Part shown: positions 50,020 to 60,324 of the stretch, piece by piece
How the letters are laid out: each line of letters starts with the position of its first letter
How positions within the stretch are numbered: the stretch's first letter is position 1
Source of the DNA: Candidatus Omnitrophota bacterium
GTDB taxonomy: Bacteria; Omnitrophota; Gorgyraeia; 2-01-FULL-45-10
Length of the DNA stretch: 64,000 bases
Assembly: GCA_030695905.1 (NCBI GenBank)
Contig: JAUYOL010000036.1
Location: forward strand, 54,814-118,813
Direction of reading: 5' to 3'
Notes under the pieces: generated by a model
Told to the model about the DNA's origin: nothing
Database searches by the model: none
What the model saw: the letters and a program-made list of their open reading frames with translations, nothing else
Made by a program: the position numbers and the translations under genes

Positions 50020-51423
50020 TCACGTATTTTTATACCCGGTCTCCTTTGCCGTATTTTTGCAGCGCAGGAGTATGAAAGAATATACGATCAGCATCGGCAC
50101 GGCCAACACACACATGCGTTTCCAAAAGGTCATTATCAGAAAATAGGACAGAAGAAAAACGAGCTGAAATTTTAAGCGTATATTGCTTAAGAAAATAAAG
50201 GGAATAACCCATAGCAGATACCATGCCTGAAATGGCGTAGAATTAGTGAAGAGGAGCGCAAGCAATATCAATGCGGCTGCTGTAAATAATGAACCCCTGT
50301 TCTTTTGGGCATTCCTTACGAGGTAGCCCAGTATGCAAAAGTATGCTATGGCAAACAGGGTAAGGAAAACATTCGCGAGTAGATTTTTCGAAATTGCAAT
50401 ACCCGCCTTGTCCGAAATAAAATATATCGCGGATGGAATGGAATCGACCCAGAAATTTTTGCTTAATTCGGTATAGTAATAAATAATCGCCTTAACGCTC
50501 TCCCGGCCGAAAGGAAGCCATGCAACTACCGTGGTAAATATAAATATCGCGCCCCCTATTATAACGCCATAAACCCTTTCCCTGACGCTATGCGTCTTTT
50601 TGGCATATAGGATAAATACGGGAATGAACAATACGTAAACAAATTTAACGGCTATGGCAAGCGCAAGAAACGCGTATGAAAGCACATGTTTCGATTTTAG
50701 CAGAAAATAAAAAGCGCAAAGTATAAAGAAAACCATGACAATCTCATTATGGCCGTCTATCAGCGTCATTACTATGACCAAGGGATTTAACAATAAAGCT
50801 AAAGTTGTAGCTCCTGCATCCTCGGGAATATTATCTTTACACAATTTGTAAAAAACAGATGGGGTCATGCCTAAAAAAGCCAGGAGCACCAGCTTGTGCA
50901 TGAATGAGGTCAGAGCTACATTGTTTTTAAAAAATAACGTATGAACTGCCCCTATCGCCACCCATAGCGGCCCATAACACTCTGGTGTGCTTTTCCAGAA
51001 TATCAGAGGAAAGAAGATATCATTCTTTATCTCCATTGGCACATGAAGATATGGATTTAACTTATAGATACTGAGCATGCGCCCTCTTACGGAATATTCG
51101 AACAAGTCGTGAGACAAGAGGGCCGAAGAATTGCAGAGTATCAAAAATATAATTATCGTGCTTGCCCAGAAATATAAAGACAGATTACCGGATTTAAAAA
51201 CCGATATCCCGGATTTTTTATAAAAATAAATGCATAGATAATACGCAAGAAAGGTTATTGAGAATACCCCTATGATATAAAACCGCAAGAATCTATCCAT
51301 GGGAGGAAGGAATTTTTCATGGATTAGGGGATATATGCGCGGGATATGATATATTACGATCAGCGATAAAAGAAATATGAGGTGTGAAAGTATAAAATTT
51401 ATTTTATCGCGTTCTGGACGCAT
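50020..51423 (-). CDS. GT-C membrane glycosyltransferase (MptA/MptB-like)
   Basis: SHDLFEY, NPY, YGPLW, NP...GHNE, VK, QAWY. Confidence 0.78.
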   Translation of the reverse strand: MRPERDKINFILSHLIFLLSLIVIYHIPRIYPLIHEKFLPPMDRFLRFYIIGVFSITFLAYYLCIYFYKKSGISVFKSGNLSLYFWASTIIIFLILCNSSALLSHDLFEYSVRGRMLSIYKLNPYLHVPMEIKNDIFFPLIFWKSTPECYGPLWVAIGAVHTLFFKNNVALTSFMHKLVLLAFLGMTPSVFYKLCKDNIPEDAGATTLALLLNPLVIVMTLIDGHNEIVMVFFILCAFYFLLKSKHVLSYAFLALAIAVKFVYVLFIPVFILYAKKTHSVRERVYGVIIGGAIFIFTTVVAWLPFGRESVKAIIYYYTELSKNFWVDSIPSAIYFISDKAGIAISKNLLANVFLTLFAIAYFCILGYLVRNAQKNRGSLFTAAALILLALLFTNSTPFQAWYLLWVIPFIFLSNIRLKFQLVFLLSYFLIMTFWKRMCVLAVPMLIVYSFILLRCKNTAKETGYKNT

Positions 51424-52534
51424 GTCTCCTCTGTATCTTTCTTATTGCCTCGCAGATAAATAAAATATTCTTATCTTTGAGCGCAAGCCCGGTAGGAAGA
51501 TAAAGGCCGTGGTCTGAAATATAGTCGGAAACGGGGTATCTCTTCTTTTTATCTACGAGCCCCAGCTTTTGTATTACCGGCTGCCTGTGCATGGGAATGA
51601 AAAAAGAACGTGTTTCGATCCCCTCTTTTAGAAGTTCGGTCCTGAACCTGTCCCTCGTCAGGCCAAAATCCTCTTCGACCAAAACTGAATACATCCAGTA
51701 CACGCTTTTTGCCCATTTCTCTTCTAACGGCAATCTCAAGCCTTCGACATCTTTAAGGTTTTCATAATATAATCCGGCTATGCGCCTTTTCCTGGCTATA
51801 AGACTATTCGCATTTTCTATCTGGGCAAGGCCTATTGCCGCCTGCATGTTTGTCATCCTGTAGTTATACGCCAACTCCGTATGCAGGAAACGCTGACCCG
51901 GAGAATGGGAAAGGTCTTTAAGCAGGCGCGCTCGTTCTGCCAGTTTTCTATTATTAGTAACGACCATCCCGCCCTCGCCCGTTGTGATAATCTTATTCGC
52001 GTAGAATGAAAAAGAATTGATATCTCCCATGGAGCCACATAGCTTATTCTTATATCTTGCGCCGTGCGCCTCGGCGGCATCCTCAACTATAAAAATGCCG
52101 TATTTTTTTGAAAGCTTGATAATAGGATCCATATTAACGGGGTGCCCGTATATATGTACAGGCAGCAATACCCTGGTTTTTGAGTTCACCGCTTCCTCGA
52201 TATCGGAGACATCCATATTCCATGTCCTGTCTTCACTATCAATAAATACAGGCTTTGCCCCCAGATACAGGACAGCGTAAGCGGTCGCGATCATAGTAAA
52301 GGTCGGCATAATGACTTCGTCGCCCTTCTTAATGCCCAGGCAGGCAAGGGCAAGATGAAGCGCCGCTGTCCCGTTTGTCGTAGAAATACCGTATCGGACA
52401 CCGCAAAATTTGGCAAACTCCTCTTCAAAACTTTTTATATACTTACCTTTTGAGGATATCCAACCGGACTTCACGCAATCAGTTATATATTGAAGCTCTT
52501 TCTTACCCATTAAAGGCTCGTTTACGGGGATCAT
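51404..52534 (-). CDS. DegT/DnrJ aminotransferase (perosamine synthase-like)
   Basis: GWISSKG, VHIYGHP, EDAAEA, SFYANKIITTGEGG. Confidence 0.9.
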   Translation of the reverse strand: MIPVNEPLMGKKELQYITDCVKSGWISSKGKYIKSFEEEFAKFCGVRYGISTTNGTAALHLALACLGIKKGDEVIMPTFTMIATAYAVLYLGAKPVFIDSEDRTWNMDVSDIEEAVNSKTRVLLPVHIYGHPVNMDPIIKLSKKYGIFIVEDAAEAHGARYKNKLCGSMGDINSFSFYANKIITTGEGGMVVTNNRKLAERARLLKDLSHSPGQRFLHTELAYNYRMTNMQAAIGLAQIENANSLIARKRRIAGLYYENLKDVEGLRLPLEEKWAKSVYWMYSVLVEEDFGLTRDRFRTELLKEGIETRSFFIPMHRQPVIQKLGLVDKKKRYPVSDYISDHGLYLPTGLALKDKNILFICEAIRKIQRRHASRTR

Positions 52535-52947
52535 CGACCATTCTTTTCTTTGAAGTATTCCTTATCGTCCACGCCGGCATAAGGCCCTTGTTTAATTTCC
52601 AGCATCAAGCTATCTTTCAATACTTCTACGCCATGGCCTCCGCTTGCCAGAAGTATAGTATCGCCTTTCTTTAGTATGCGGGTTCCGAGGCATCTTTCTT
52701 TCTCATCATATAAATAAACCGCCACCTTGCCTTTTTTAACATGCAGGACTTCCTGGGTTCTCTCTATCCTCCTTTTTACCAGTTTATGGACATGGGGTTT
52801 TACCTGCGCCCCCTTCCGATGCCTTAAGAGGCCCACCTGCTGGGAAAACTCCGGTGGAGTAAAAAATGTAGCGCCTTTTGTATCTATGCGGCTTGGCAGG
52901 ATTATAGCTATCAGACTGCCCCTTTTTGATTTTATATATTCAACCAT
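52531..52947 (-). CDS. Small cupin-fold protein
   Basis: HVH, QEVL, GGHG, EIKQGPY. Confidence 0.75.
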   Translation of the reverse strand: MVEYIKSKRGSLIAIILPSRIDTKGATFFTPPEFSQQVGLLRHRKGAQVKPHVHKLVKRRIERTQEVLHVKKGKVAVYLYDEKERCLGTRILKKGDTILLASGGHGVEVLKDSLMLEIKQGPYAGVDDKEYFKEKNGR

Positions 52948-52965
52948 GATTAGGATCTCCTTGAA

Positions 52966-53664
52966 TTATTTTGGCCCGGCGAATCTTATACAGACTATTC
53001 GTTTTAAATAGCCGAATCCCAGCGAAAAAAATCCTGAAAGACTGGCGGTGGTTTTAGACGTTCCTTTTTTTCTATCCTGGAAAACATAAGGAATCTCCTT
53101 TATTCTAAAGCCGGCTTTCTTGCATTTAAAAACAAACTCTATAAAATAATCCCCATAACCCTTTTTTGACGGGAACGGGACTTTTTGCAATACATTTTTT
53201 TTAAAAACAATAAAGCCGCTATCGTAATCTTTTATGTCAAATCCCAGCAGGGCCTGGGCAAACCAATTTATGATCCTGCTCGTGATTACCCTGAAAAGAG
53301 ATCTGGCGTCTTTACCGCCGCGGACATACCGTGACCCTATTACAATATCAAACCGGTCGAGACTCTTCAGCATTTCCGGCAGCGCGGATGGCGGCATGCT
53401 CATATCGGCATCCATCCAGCCCACTATATCTCCTTCGGATTCTTTTAGGCCCCTATCGATGGCGGAGGGCAGGCCTCTTTCGTTGCGTCGTATAACCTTT
53501 ACCCCGGGCCTCTTACACTCCTGGACGATTTTCCATGTCATATCAGGAGAATCATCATCTACAACAACCACTTCGAGAGGCCCCTTAATACTGCCGAATA
53601 ACGCATTGATGAGAGTTATTATGTTTTCACTTTCATTGTAGGTCGGCAATATTATGGAGACCAT
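52966..53664 (-). CDS. Polyprenol-monophosphomannose-synthase-like GT2
   Basis: PTYNE, DDDSPD, MDADMS, GSRY, SGF. Confidence 0.9.
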   Translation of the reverse strand: MVSIILPTYNESENIITLINALFGSIKGPLEVVVVDDDSPDMTWKIVQECKRPGVKVIRRNERGLPSAIDRGLKESEGDIVGWMDADMSMPPSALPEMLKSLDRFDIVIGSRYVRGGKDARSLFRVITSRIINWFAQALLGFDIKDYDSGFIVFKKNVLQKVPFPSKKGYGDYFIEFVFKCKKAGFRIKEIPYVFQDRKKGTSKTTASLSGFFSLGFGYLKRIVCIRFAGPK

Positions 53665-53667
53665 GCC

Positions 53668-54663
53668 TTATACTATTCCCCGTTTACTTTTTAACCGCTT
53701 CAAATCCGCATCCACCATCATCCTGACCAGGTCCGAAAATTTGACCGCGGGCTTCCACCCTAATTTTCTCCTTGCCTTACTATAATCTCCCTCAAGGATA
53801 TTCACCTCGGCTGGCCTGTATAGCTCCCTGTCTATAACCACGTATTTTCTCCAGTCAAGCTTTAAATGATCGAACGCAAGTTCCGCAAATTCTCTGACCG
53901 AATGCGTTTCGCCTGTCGCGATAACATAATCATCGGCTTTATCGTTCTGCAGCATGAGCCACATGGCTTTTACATAATCGCCCGCAAAGCCCCAGTCCCT
54001 CTTGGCTTCAAGGTTCCCCAACGGCAGTTTTTTAGATAAACCCAGCTTTATCTCTGCTACAGCATAAGAGATCTTTCTTGAAACAAACTCAAAACCTCTG
54101 GTAGGGCTTTCATGGTTAAAACATATACCGTTGCAGGCGAACAGGCCATAGGCCTCGCGGTAATTCCTGGTCAGTTCAAATCCGGCGAGTTTGGAAATAC
54201 CATACGGAGAACGCGGATGAAAAGGCGTAGACTCGCTTTGCGGCGTTTTCTTCACGCTGCCGAACATCTCGCTTGATGCGGCGAAGTAGAATTTGCATTT
54301 AGGCGCTTTTTGCTTTATGGCCGACAGCACGTAATGGGTGCCGTTTATATTGGTATTTATAGTGGAGAATTCGTCTTCGAAAGAATAACTCACAAACGTC
54401 TGCGCGGCCAGATGATAGCATTCGTGCGGCCGTATTTTTTCTATTATGTTAAATAGGCTTGCATAACTTTCGAGCGAAGCCGCGTGTATCTTGATCTTGC
54501 CCAAAAGGTGCCTTACCCTCCACAGCCTGTGCTCGGGATCTTCCAGCGCAACGCGCCTGACCAGTCCGTGGACCTCATAGCCTTTTTTTAATAAAAATTC
54601 TGCCATGTACGAACCGTCCTGGCCGGTTATTCCTGTTATAATGGCTCTCTTCATACTTTCCAC
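53668..54663 (-). CDS. gmd: GDP-mannose 4,6-dehydratase
   Basis: GITGQDGSY, PRSPYGISK, FNHES, RDWG, RPAEV. Confidence 0.95.
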   Translation of the reverse strand: MESMKRAIITGITGQDGSYMAEFLLKKGYEVHGLVRRVALEDPEHRLWRVRHLLGKIKIHAASLESYASLFNIIEKIRPHECYHLAAQTFVSYSFEDEFSTINTNINGTHYVLSAIKQKAPKCKFYFAASSEMFGSVKKTPQSESTPFHPRSPYGISKLAGFELTRNYREAYGLFACNGICFNHESPTRGFEFVSRKISYAVAEIKLGLSKKLPLGNLEAKRDWGFAGDYVKAMWLMLQNDKADDYVIATGETHSVREFAELAFDHLKLDWRKYVVIDRELYRPAEVNILEGDYSKARRKLGWKPAVKFSDLVRMMVDADLKRLKSKRGIV

Positions 54664-54682
54664 CTTCCTTTTATAGCCTACT

Positions 54683-54712
54683 ATTATATCATTATAGGCG
54701 GGTGTATTTCTA
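54683..54712 (-). promoter_or_regulatory. Possible extended -10 promoter upstream of gmd
   Basis: TGATATAAT at 54691-54683, second TATAAT at 54696-54691, weak -35 TAGAAA; flanked by GCCTA/TAGGC inverted repeat (54676-80, 54695-99). Confidence 0.45.
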
Positions 54713-56044
54713 CGGATTATTTTGTTTTAAAGGATTTTGAGGGGATTGAGGAGCGTGGGGGGTGTATTTGGGTTGTAACTTGTACTGATAATTCTGTACG
54801 TCGCCGGACCAGTCCAGCTGGCATAGTGATTCGAGCAGTTTTTCTCTCATTTTTTTGACATCTGCCCTCTTCATATTCTCGGTTTCAACTGTGAGCCCTC
54901 CCTCCTGGTATCCCGCTATATTGAAGTACTGCTCATAGTTCTTCTCAAAATAAATTATACCATAGTTCTGCGGATTGTTCCAAACATCACAACCCGGAAA
55001 AGGAACAAAGTTAAAAAGCGTGTATTGATGAGGGCGGCACTCCAGCATAAGATCGGCGGTATCCTGTATCGTCTGATATGTCTCTCCTGGAAAACCGACT
55101 ATAAGAAAAACCTTAACTATAAGCCCGGCCGCCTTGGCGTTTTTAATCGCTTTTTTTATCTGCTCTACCGTTGTATGCTTCTTCATCTTGCGCAGCAATT
55201 CCTGAGAACCGGTCTCTACACCAAAGGCAATGTTCCTGCAGCCTGCCGCGTAAAGGTCTTCATAGACCTCCGGGTCATTCACCCTTACAGTGCCGTTCGC
55301 GCGAAAGCGTATGTCCAACTGCTTAAACCGTTTGGACATCTCTCTTACCCTGACCCTGTCCAAGGTCATCGTATCGTCATAAAAAATAAAATTCCTGACA
55401 CCGTATTTTGATTTTATCAATGACAGCTCATTAATAACATTATCGAGATGCCGGAACCTGATCTTTTTACCAAACATGAAATTACAGCAAAATGCACATG
55501 TATTGGGACAACCCCTGCTGGTAACAAAACTTAGGCTTAGCTGGCCATCTACCTTTCTGTTATATGAGTGTATGTCTATTAATCCAAGATCCGGACATGG
55601 TAATTCGTCTAAATTTGAAATAAGCGGGCACCTGATGATCCTGGATTCCGGCGGCTTGCCGCTAGCCAGGTTCGTTACTAAATCGCGCAGGGCATACTCC
55701 CCTTCGCCAATGACTACATAATCAAAATCTTTAAGGGTTTCTTCAGGCAAAGCGGAAGGATGCGCTCCCCCCGCAACACTTATGGCTCCGGGATTATTCT
55801 GCTTGGCAAGTTTTAACATTTCTTTACATATATAATATGAGGGAGTGTATATCGTGAAGCCATATACGTCTGCCCAGCCAATTAGATCGGCCCAGCGTTT
55901 CATCGGTATGGACGATAAATCGAGAACCCTGGTTTCATACCCTGCCTTGCGCAGCACAGTGGCTAAGTACAACTGTCCAAGCGGGATATCCAGCCTGTCA
56001 TCAAGCGAATTGGGTTGAGGCGGATGTATAAGACAGACCTTCAT
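54710..56044 (-). CDS. Cobalamin-binding radical SAM protein
   Basis: PLGQLYLA, GGAHPS, SRGCPNTCAFC, FGVETGS. Confidence 0.92.
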   Translation of the reverse strand: MKVCLIHPPQPNSLDDRLDIPLGQLYLATVLRKAGYETRVLDLSSIPMKRWADLIGWADVYGFTIYTPSYYICKEMLKLAKQNNPGAISVAGGAHPSALPEETLKDFDYVVIGEGEYALRDLVTNLASGKPPESRIIRCPLISNLDELPCPDLGLIDIHSYNRKVDGQLSLSFVTSRGCPNTCAFCCNFMFGKKIRFRHLDNVINELSLIKSKYGVRNFIFYDDTMTLDRVRVREMSKRFKQLDIRFRANGTVRVNDPEVYEDLYAAGCRNIAFGVETGSQELLRKMKKHTTVEQIKKAIKNAKAAGLIVKVFLIVGFPGETYQTIQDTADLMLECRPHQYTLFNFVPFPGCDVWNNPQNYGIIYFEKNYEQYFNIAGYQEGGLTVETENMKRADVKKMREKLLESLCQLDWSGDVQNYQYKLQPKYTPHAPQSPQNPLKQNNP

Positions 56045-56054
56045 GCGATATTCC

Positions 56055-57818
56055 TTATTTTTGGTGCGAACTTTTCAGAAAATCAATATCATCTTTTGTA
56101 ATATTATATATTAGCAGAGACCCACCCACCCATTCAACAGGTTTTATTTTATCCAGCCATTTTATTCTTTTTGCCGGAAAAGCAGTAGTCTCAATGACAT
56201 AAAATCCTTTATTAGGGATCAGTACCTCTTCATTCGTTATCAGCGTATATGGTATGCGATAGTAATCACATACTTTATCGCAACTAAATACCGCATCTAT
56301 CGTTATCTTGTTTATATTATTCTTTTCAAGATATTCTTTCAGCCTCTTCCAGTCCTGGCCCCAGGCAATGTTAGAATCGCCAAGGTACTTATAACCGTTC
56401 TTAAAACCTCCGACCATCCTATTAAAATATGAAAGATGCGCCGGGTATGAACTGAGGACATCCGCTGATAGTATTATTATCAAGGCAGATAAGGGATACT
56501 TCATCACCTTAGAGTTTCTTACTATGAACACGCTATAGCCGGCCATGACAAATAAAAACGGATAGACCGGCAATATATGACGAATACCTATATTCAATTT
56601 GTTTATAAACATGGCGATAAAAAGATAAATAAATGCCGGCATTATAAGAACCACCTTCATTAACATCTTTTCTTTTTTCATGCATAGCCCGATTGCCCCC
56701 AACAAGAAGAATAACAATGTAACAAAAGGCTCTTTAAAAAATATAGCAAGAGGGAAATAATACCACCACCCCCCTGACTTTGAATTAACCCCTAATAGAT
56801 ACGAATCCTGACCATATTGCGCATGGCCCTCAAAATAGGCAAAACCTTTGAAATACGGCATGGTTGCGCTGTGAAAAGGAAACCAGGAGTACTTGGTATA
56901 ATCGAGTATAACTATTACGAATGCGGCCGTCATGATAATGAGCAGTGACCTGCCCACAAAGTTTATTTTTGAGAAAATCGTCTTTTTGTTATAAAAAAGG
57001 TAAGAGATCGCGTATACAGCCAAGGCCGGCATTATCAATCTAAAGGATTTTTTATAAGAAACGGCGAATATCAAAAAAGGCAGAAATAGGGCCGCATGTG
57101 TCATCCATTTTTTTAAAGTCGCTTTCTTAGGTGCGTGAACCGGGTAAAACCCCCTCAGAAAAATAAGAAAATGCGATACCGGCATTAAAAGCAGTCCGCT
57201 GAATTTTGAAATAAAACTTAGGCCCGTGAAGGCGGCCACGGCAATAAGAACCCCTGTCTTCTCTGTTTCGAAATATCTCATCAGATAATAAATGGCTGCA
57301 AAATAGAAACAGCTTATTGTGGTATCCATGGTAACCAATGAAGAATGGCCTAAAAATAAGGGGGATAATACAAATAGCGATAAAGAAATAAAGCCCGCAA
57401 ATGCGCCGTTGAGCCTTTTAGAGTACAGGTATATGAATAATCCCAAGAGTGCGGCAATAATAATATCCACCGCTCGAGAAAGTAAAAGTAGTAGCTCCAG
57501 GTCATTGCCGCGGTTGTAAAGAAAATCGTTCTGGATCTTGACAATATCGTCCGGGACTGAAGTGCGGTAAATTTCAAAAGGAAAATTTAATTTTACAAAC
57601 AAAAGAGGAAGTGCCGCCAGTTGTTTTACGAAAGGCGGATGTTCTATGTTGAATCTATAGTCATGAAACTTAAGATTTATATAACCGACCGTGATATGCG
57701 TTTTTTCGTCGGATGTTATGGAATTAGTAGCGGCATAATACAATCCGCTCATTAAAAAAAATAATAGCAAAATCGCTACAGATATTTTTTCTGTTGTTTT
57801 CATACTAAGCCTTCCCAA
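56055..57818 (-). CDS. GT-C (PMT/ArnT-like) membrane glycosyltransferase
   Basis: TSDE, EHPP, VTMD, SKFS, GIRHILP, DSNIAWGQD; paralog of 42343-44064. Confidence 0.82.
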   Translation of the reverse strand: MGRLSMKTTEKISVAILLLFFLMSGLYYAATNSITSDEKTHITVGYINLKFHDYRFNIEHPPFVKQLAALPLLFVKLNFPFEIYRTSVPDDIVKIQNDFLYNRGNDLELLLLLSRAVDIIIAALLGLFIYLYSKRLNGAFAGFISLSLFVLSPLFLGHSSLVTMDTTISCFYFAAIYYLMRYFETEKTGVLIAVAAFTGLSFISKFSGLLLMPVSHFLIFLRGFYPVHAPKKATLKKWMTHAALFLPFLIFAVSYKKSFRLIMPALAVYAISYLFYNKKTIFSKINFVGRSLLIIMTAAFVIVILDYTKYSWFPFHSATMPYFKGFAYFEGHAQYGQDSYLLGVNSKSGGWWYYFPLAIFFKEPFVTLLFFLLGAIGLCMKKEKMLMKVVLIMPAFIYLFIAMFINKLNIGIRHILPVYPFLFVMAGYSVFIVRNSKVMKYPLSALIIILSADVLSSYPAHLSYFNRMVGGFKNGYKYLGDSNIAWGQDWKRLKEYLEKNNINKITIDAVFSCDKVCDYYRIPYTLITNEEVLIPNKGFYVIETTAFPAKRIKWLDKIKPVEWVGGSLLIYNITKDDIDFLKSSHQK

Positions 57819-59399
57819 TAATAAATGAGCCCATAACCAAATAATCGATTTCAGTTTGTATAAAACATCTGTAAGCGTCTTCGGGTGTACAAACGATCGG
57901 CTCGCCCATCCTGTTAAAAGATGTATTGATAATCATAGGGCATCCATGGTCTTTATAAAACTGCCTTATTAAATCGTAAAAAAGAGGGTTGTCTTCGCGC
58001 TTGACCGTCTGTACCCTCGCTGAGCCGTCAACATGTGTTATGGCCGGAAAACCGGATTTTTTAACCGCCGACACAAAAAGCATGTAGGGGCTTTCGCATT
58101 TGAGGTCAAAATAAGCTTGCGATTTTTCTAAAAGTACGCTGGGAGCGAATGGCCTGAACGCTTCTCTAAATTTTACCTTTGAATTAATCATGCCGCGCAT
58201 ATATTTTGAGCGCGGGTCCGCCAGAATACTGCGGTTTCCCAGAGAGCGCGGCCCAAATTCCATTCTACCCTGAAACCAACCGATTATTCTTTGATCGGCC
58301 AGAAAACCGGAAACTATTTTAAGCAAAGTCTTTCTTTCCAGTTTCTTATATTTTATATTATTTTCTTTTAAATAGCCTTCTATTTCTTCATCAGAGAACA
58401 ATGGGCCCAGAAGACTCGCTTTCTGCCGATCCCTATTTCTGCTAACTTTTCGGGGCTTGCCCATGTATTCATGCCAACCTATAAATGCCGCCCCTAATGC
58501 GCAGCCCGCATCTGAAGAAGAAGGCTGAATCCAGACTTTCTTAAATGGTCCCTCCCGTAATATTTTTCCGTTTGCCACGCAATTAAGCGCGACTTCTCCC
58601 GCCATACACAAGCTTTCCAAACCGGCTTTTCTGTGAAGGCGCCTTACCATGTTCATCAAGGCCATTTCTGCGACCGCTTGCACCGAACAGGCCAAATCCC
58701 TGTGCCTTTTTTTTATTTCCTCTTCTTTTCCTCTAGGAGGCCCGCCGAAAAGATCATTAAAATTCTTACCGGTTATTTTATGTCCGGAACGATAATTAAA
58801 ATATGACGGGTTTAATTTAAATGTGCCATTTTCTTTTAGTTCGATCACTTTTTCTAAAATAATATCGGTATAAACCGGATCGCCATACGGGGCCAACCCC
58901 ATCAATTTATATTCATCAGAGTTTGGAATAAACCCGCAATAATATGTAAATGCCGAATACAACAAACCTATTGAATCGGGAAACCTTGTGAGGGAGTGAA
59001 TTTTTGTAGAATTACCCGCCCCGCTACCAAGGGTCGCCGCTATACCGTTTTCCGCCCCGTCAACTGTAAGTATGGCGGCTTCCTTAAATGGTGATGGGTA
59101 AAAGGCGCTTGCGGAATGAGTAAGATGATGCCTGGAAAATATGATCTTTGCATCAAAATTTAGTTTTTTTTTACAACTTCTTTATAAACATCATCGTGAA
59201 ATACCACTAGATCGATATCGCTCTTTTTGATTCCGGCTTCGCGCAGGCAATAGTGTATGGCATTTTCAGGGAAACTCGAATCGTGTTTTTTGCGCGTAAA
59301 ACGCTCTTCCTGTGCCGCCATTATGATCTGGCCGTCTTTAAGAAGGGCCGCTGCCGCATCACGATAAAACGCCGATATTCCTAAAATATAATTAGACAT
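57805..59399 (-). pseudogene. NodU/CmcH-type O-carbamoyltransferase, frameshifted at an A9 run
   Basis: N-terminal ORF (ILGIS, EERFTRKKH) stops at 59160. The -1 frame continues LNFDAKIIFSRHHLTHSASAFYPSPF...TVDG into the 386-aa ORF (MGLAPYG, FGPRSLGNRS, RPFAP, NTSFN). Confidence 0.85.
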
Positions 59400-60321
59400 A
59401 TTTTACCCTGCAACATTCGCATGTACGCCTCAGGCCATCGTCAAGCGAGACCTTGGGCCTCCACCCGAGGGAAAATATCTTTGAAGAATCAAGCAATCTA
59501 CGAGGGGTTCCGTCAGGTTTATCTTTCTGGAATATTATTTTACCATTATATCCGATCACGTTCCTCACCTTTTCCGCCAGCACCCTGACAGAGGTTTCTT
59601 TCCCAACCCCCATGTGCACAAGCTCGCTCTTGTCATATTTATTCATGAGAAAAATAAACCCTTCTGCGGCATCATCTATAAACATAAACTCTCTTTTAGG
59701 GGCGCCGGTCCCCCATACCGTAAATTTATTACGGCCGGGATCAATGGCTGCCAAATTGGCCCGTTCTATCAGCCCTGCTACTACGTGCCCTTCTCTCCCA
59801 AAGTGGTCGCCCGGGCCATAGACAGTTGCCGGTACAACACAAATAAAATCGGTCTTATGCTGCCTATTATAAGACTGGCACATCTTTATACCCGCTATCT
59901 TGGCAACTGCAAACGATTCACTCGTCGGCTCTATTGAGCCTGAGAGCAGGTACTTTTCCTTCATGGGCTGAGGGCAATGCTTAGGGTATATGCATGCGCT
60001 ACCCGGAAAAAGCAGTTTTTTTATTCCATATTTATACGCTGAGTGTATTACGTTCGTCTGAATAGCGATGTTCTGACAGATAAAGTCAGCGGGATAGGTA
60101 TTGTTTGCATATATTCCTCCAACCTTAGCCGCCATAAGAAAGACATATTCCGGACGTGAATCTTTAAATAATTTATCGATCTTGATGCAATCGGTCAGGT
60201 CCAGTTCTTTATGGGTCCTTAATATCAGGTTCTTATAGCCGTCCGCCTTTAACTTTCTTACCAATGCTGAACCAATGAATCCGGTGTGGCCGGCAACATA
60301 AATACGGGAATTTTTATTCAT
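59392..60321 (-). CDS. fcl: GDP-L-fucose-synthase-like epimerase/reductase with Tyr-to-Phe change in YxxxK
   Basis: [34 protein letters not shown]; active-site segment reads ESFAVAK. Confidence 0.85.
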   Translation of the reverse strand: MNKNSRIYVAGHTGFIGSALVRKLKADGYKNLILRTHKELDLTDCIKIDKLFKDSRPEYVFLMAAKVGGIYANNTYPADFICQNIAIQTNVIHSAYKYGIKKLLFPGSACIYPKHCPQPMKEKYLLSGSIEPTSESFAVAKIAGIKMCQSYNRQHKTDFICVVPATVYGPGDHFGREGHVVAGLIERANLAAIDPGRNKFTVWGTGAPKREFMFIDDAAEGFIFLMNKYDKSELVHMGVGKETSVRVLAEKVRNVIGYNGKIIFQKDKPDGTPRRLLDSSKIFSLGWRPKVSLDDGLRRTCECCRVKYV

Positions 60322-60324
60322 ATT

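Noticed and set aside
59160-59162. Stop-codon readthrough or recoding in the carbamoyltransferase
   Set aside because: The downstream homology is in a different frame, so it is a frameshift and not an in-frame stop.
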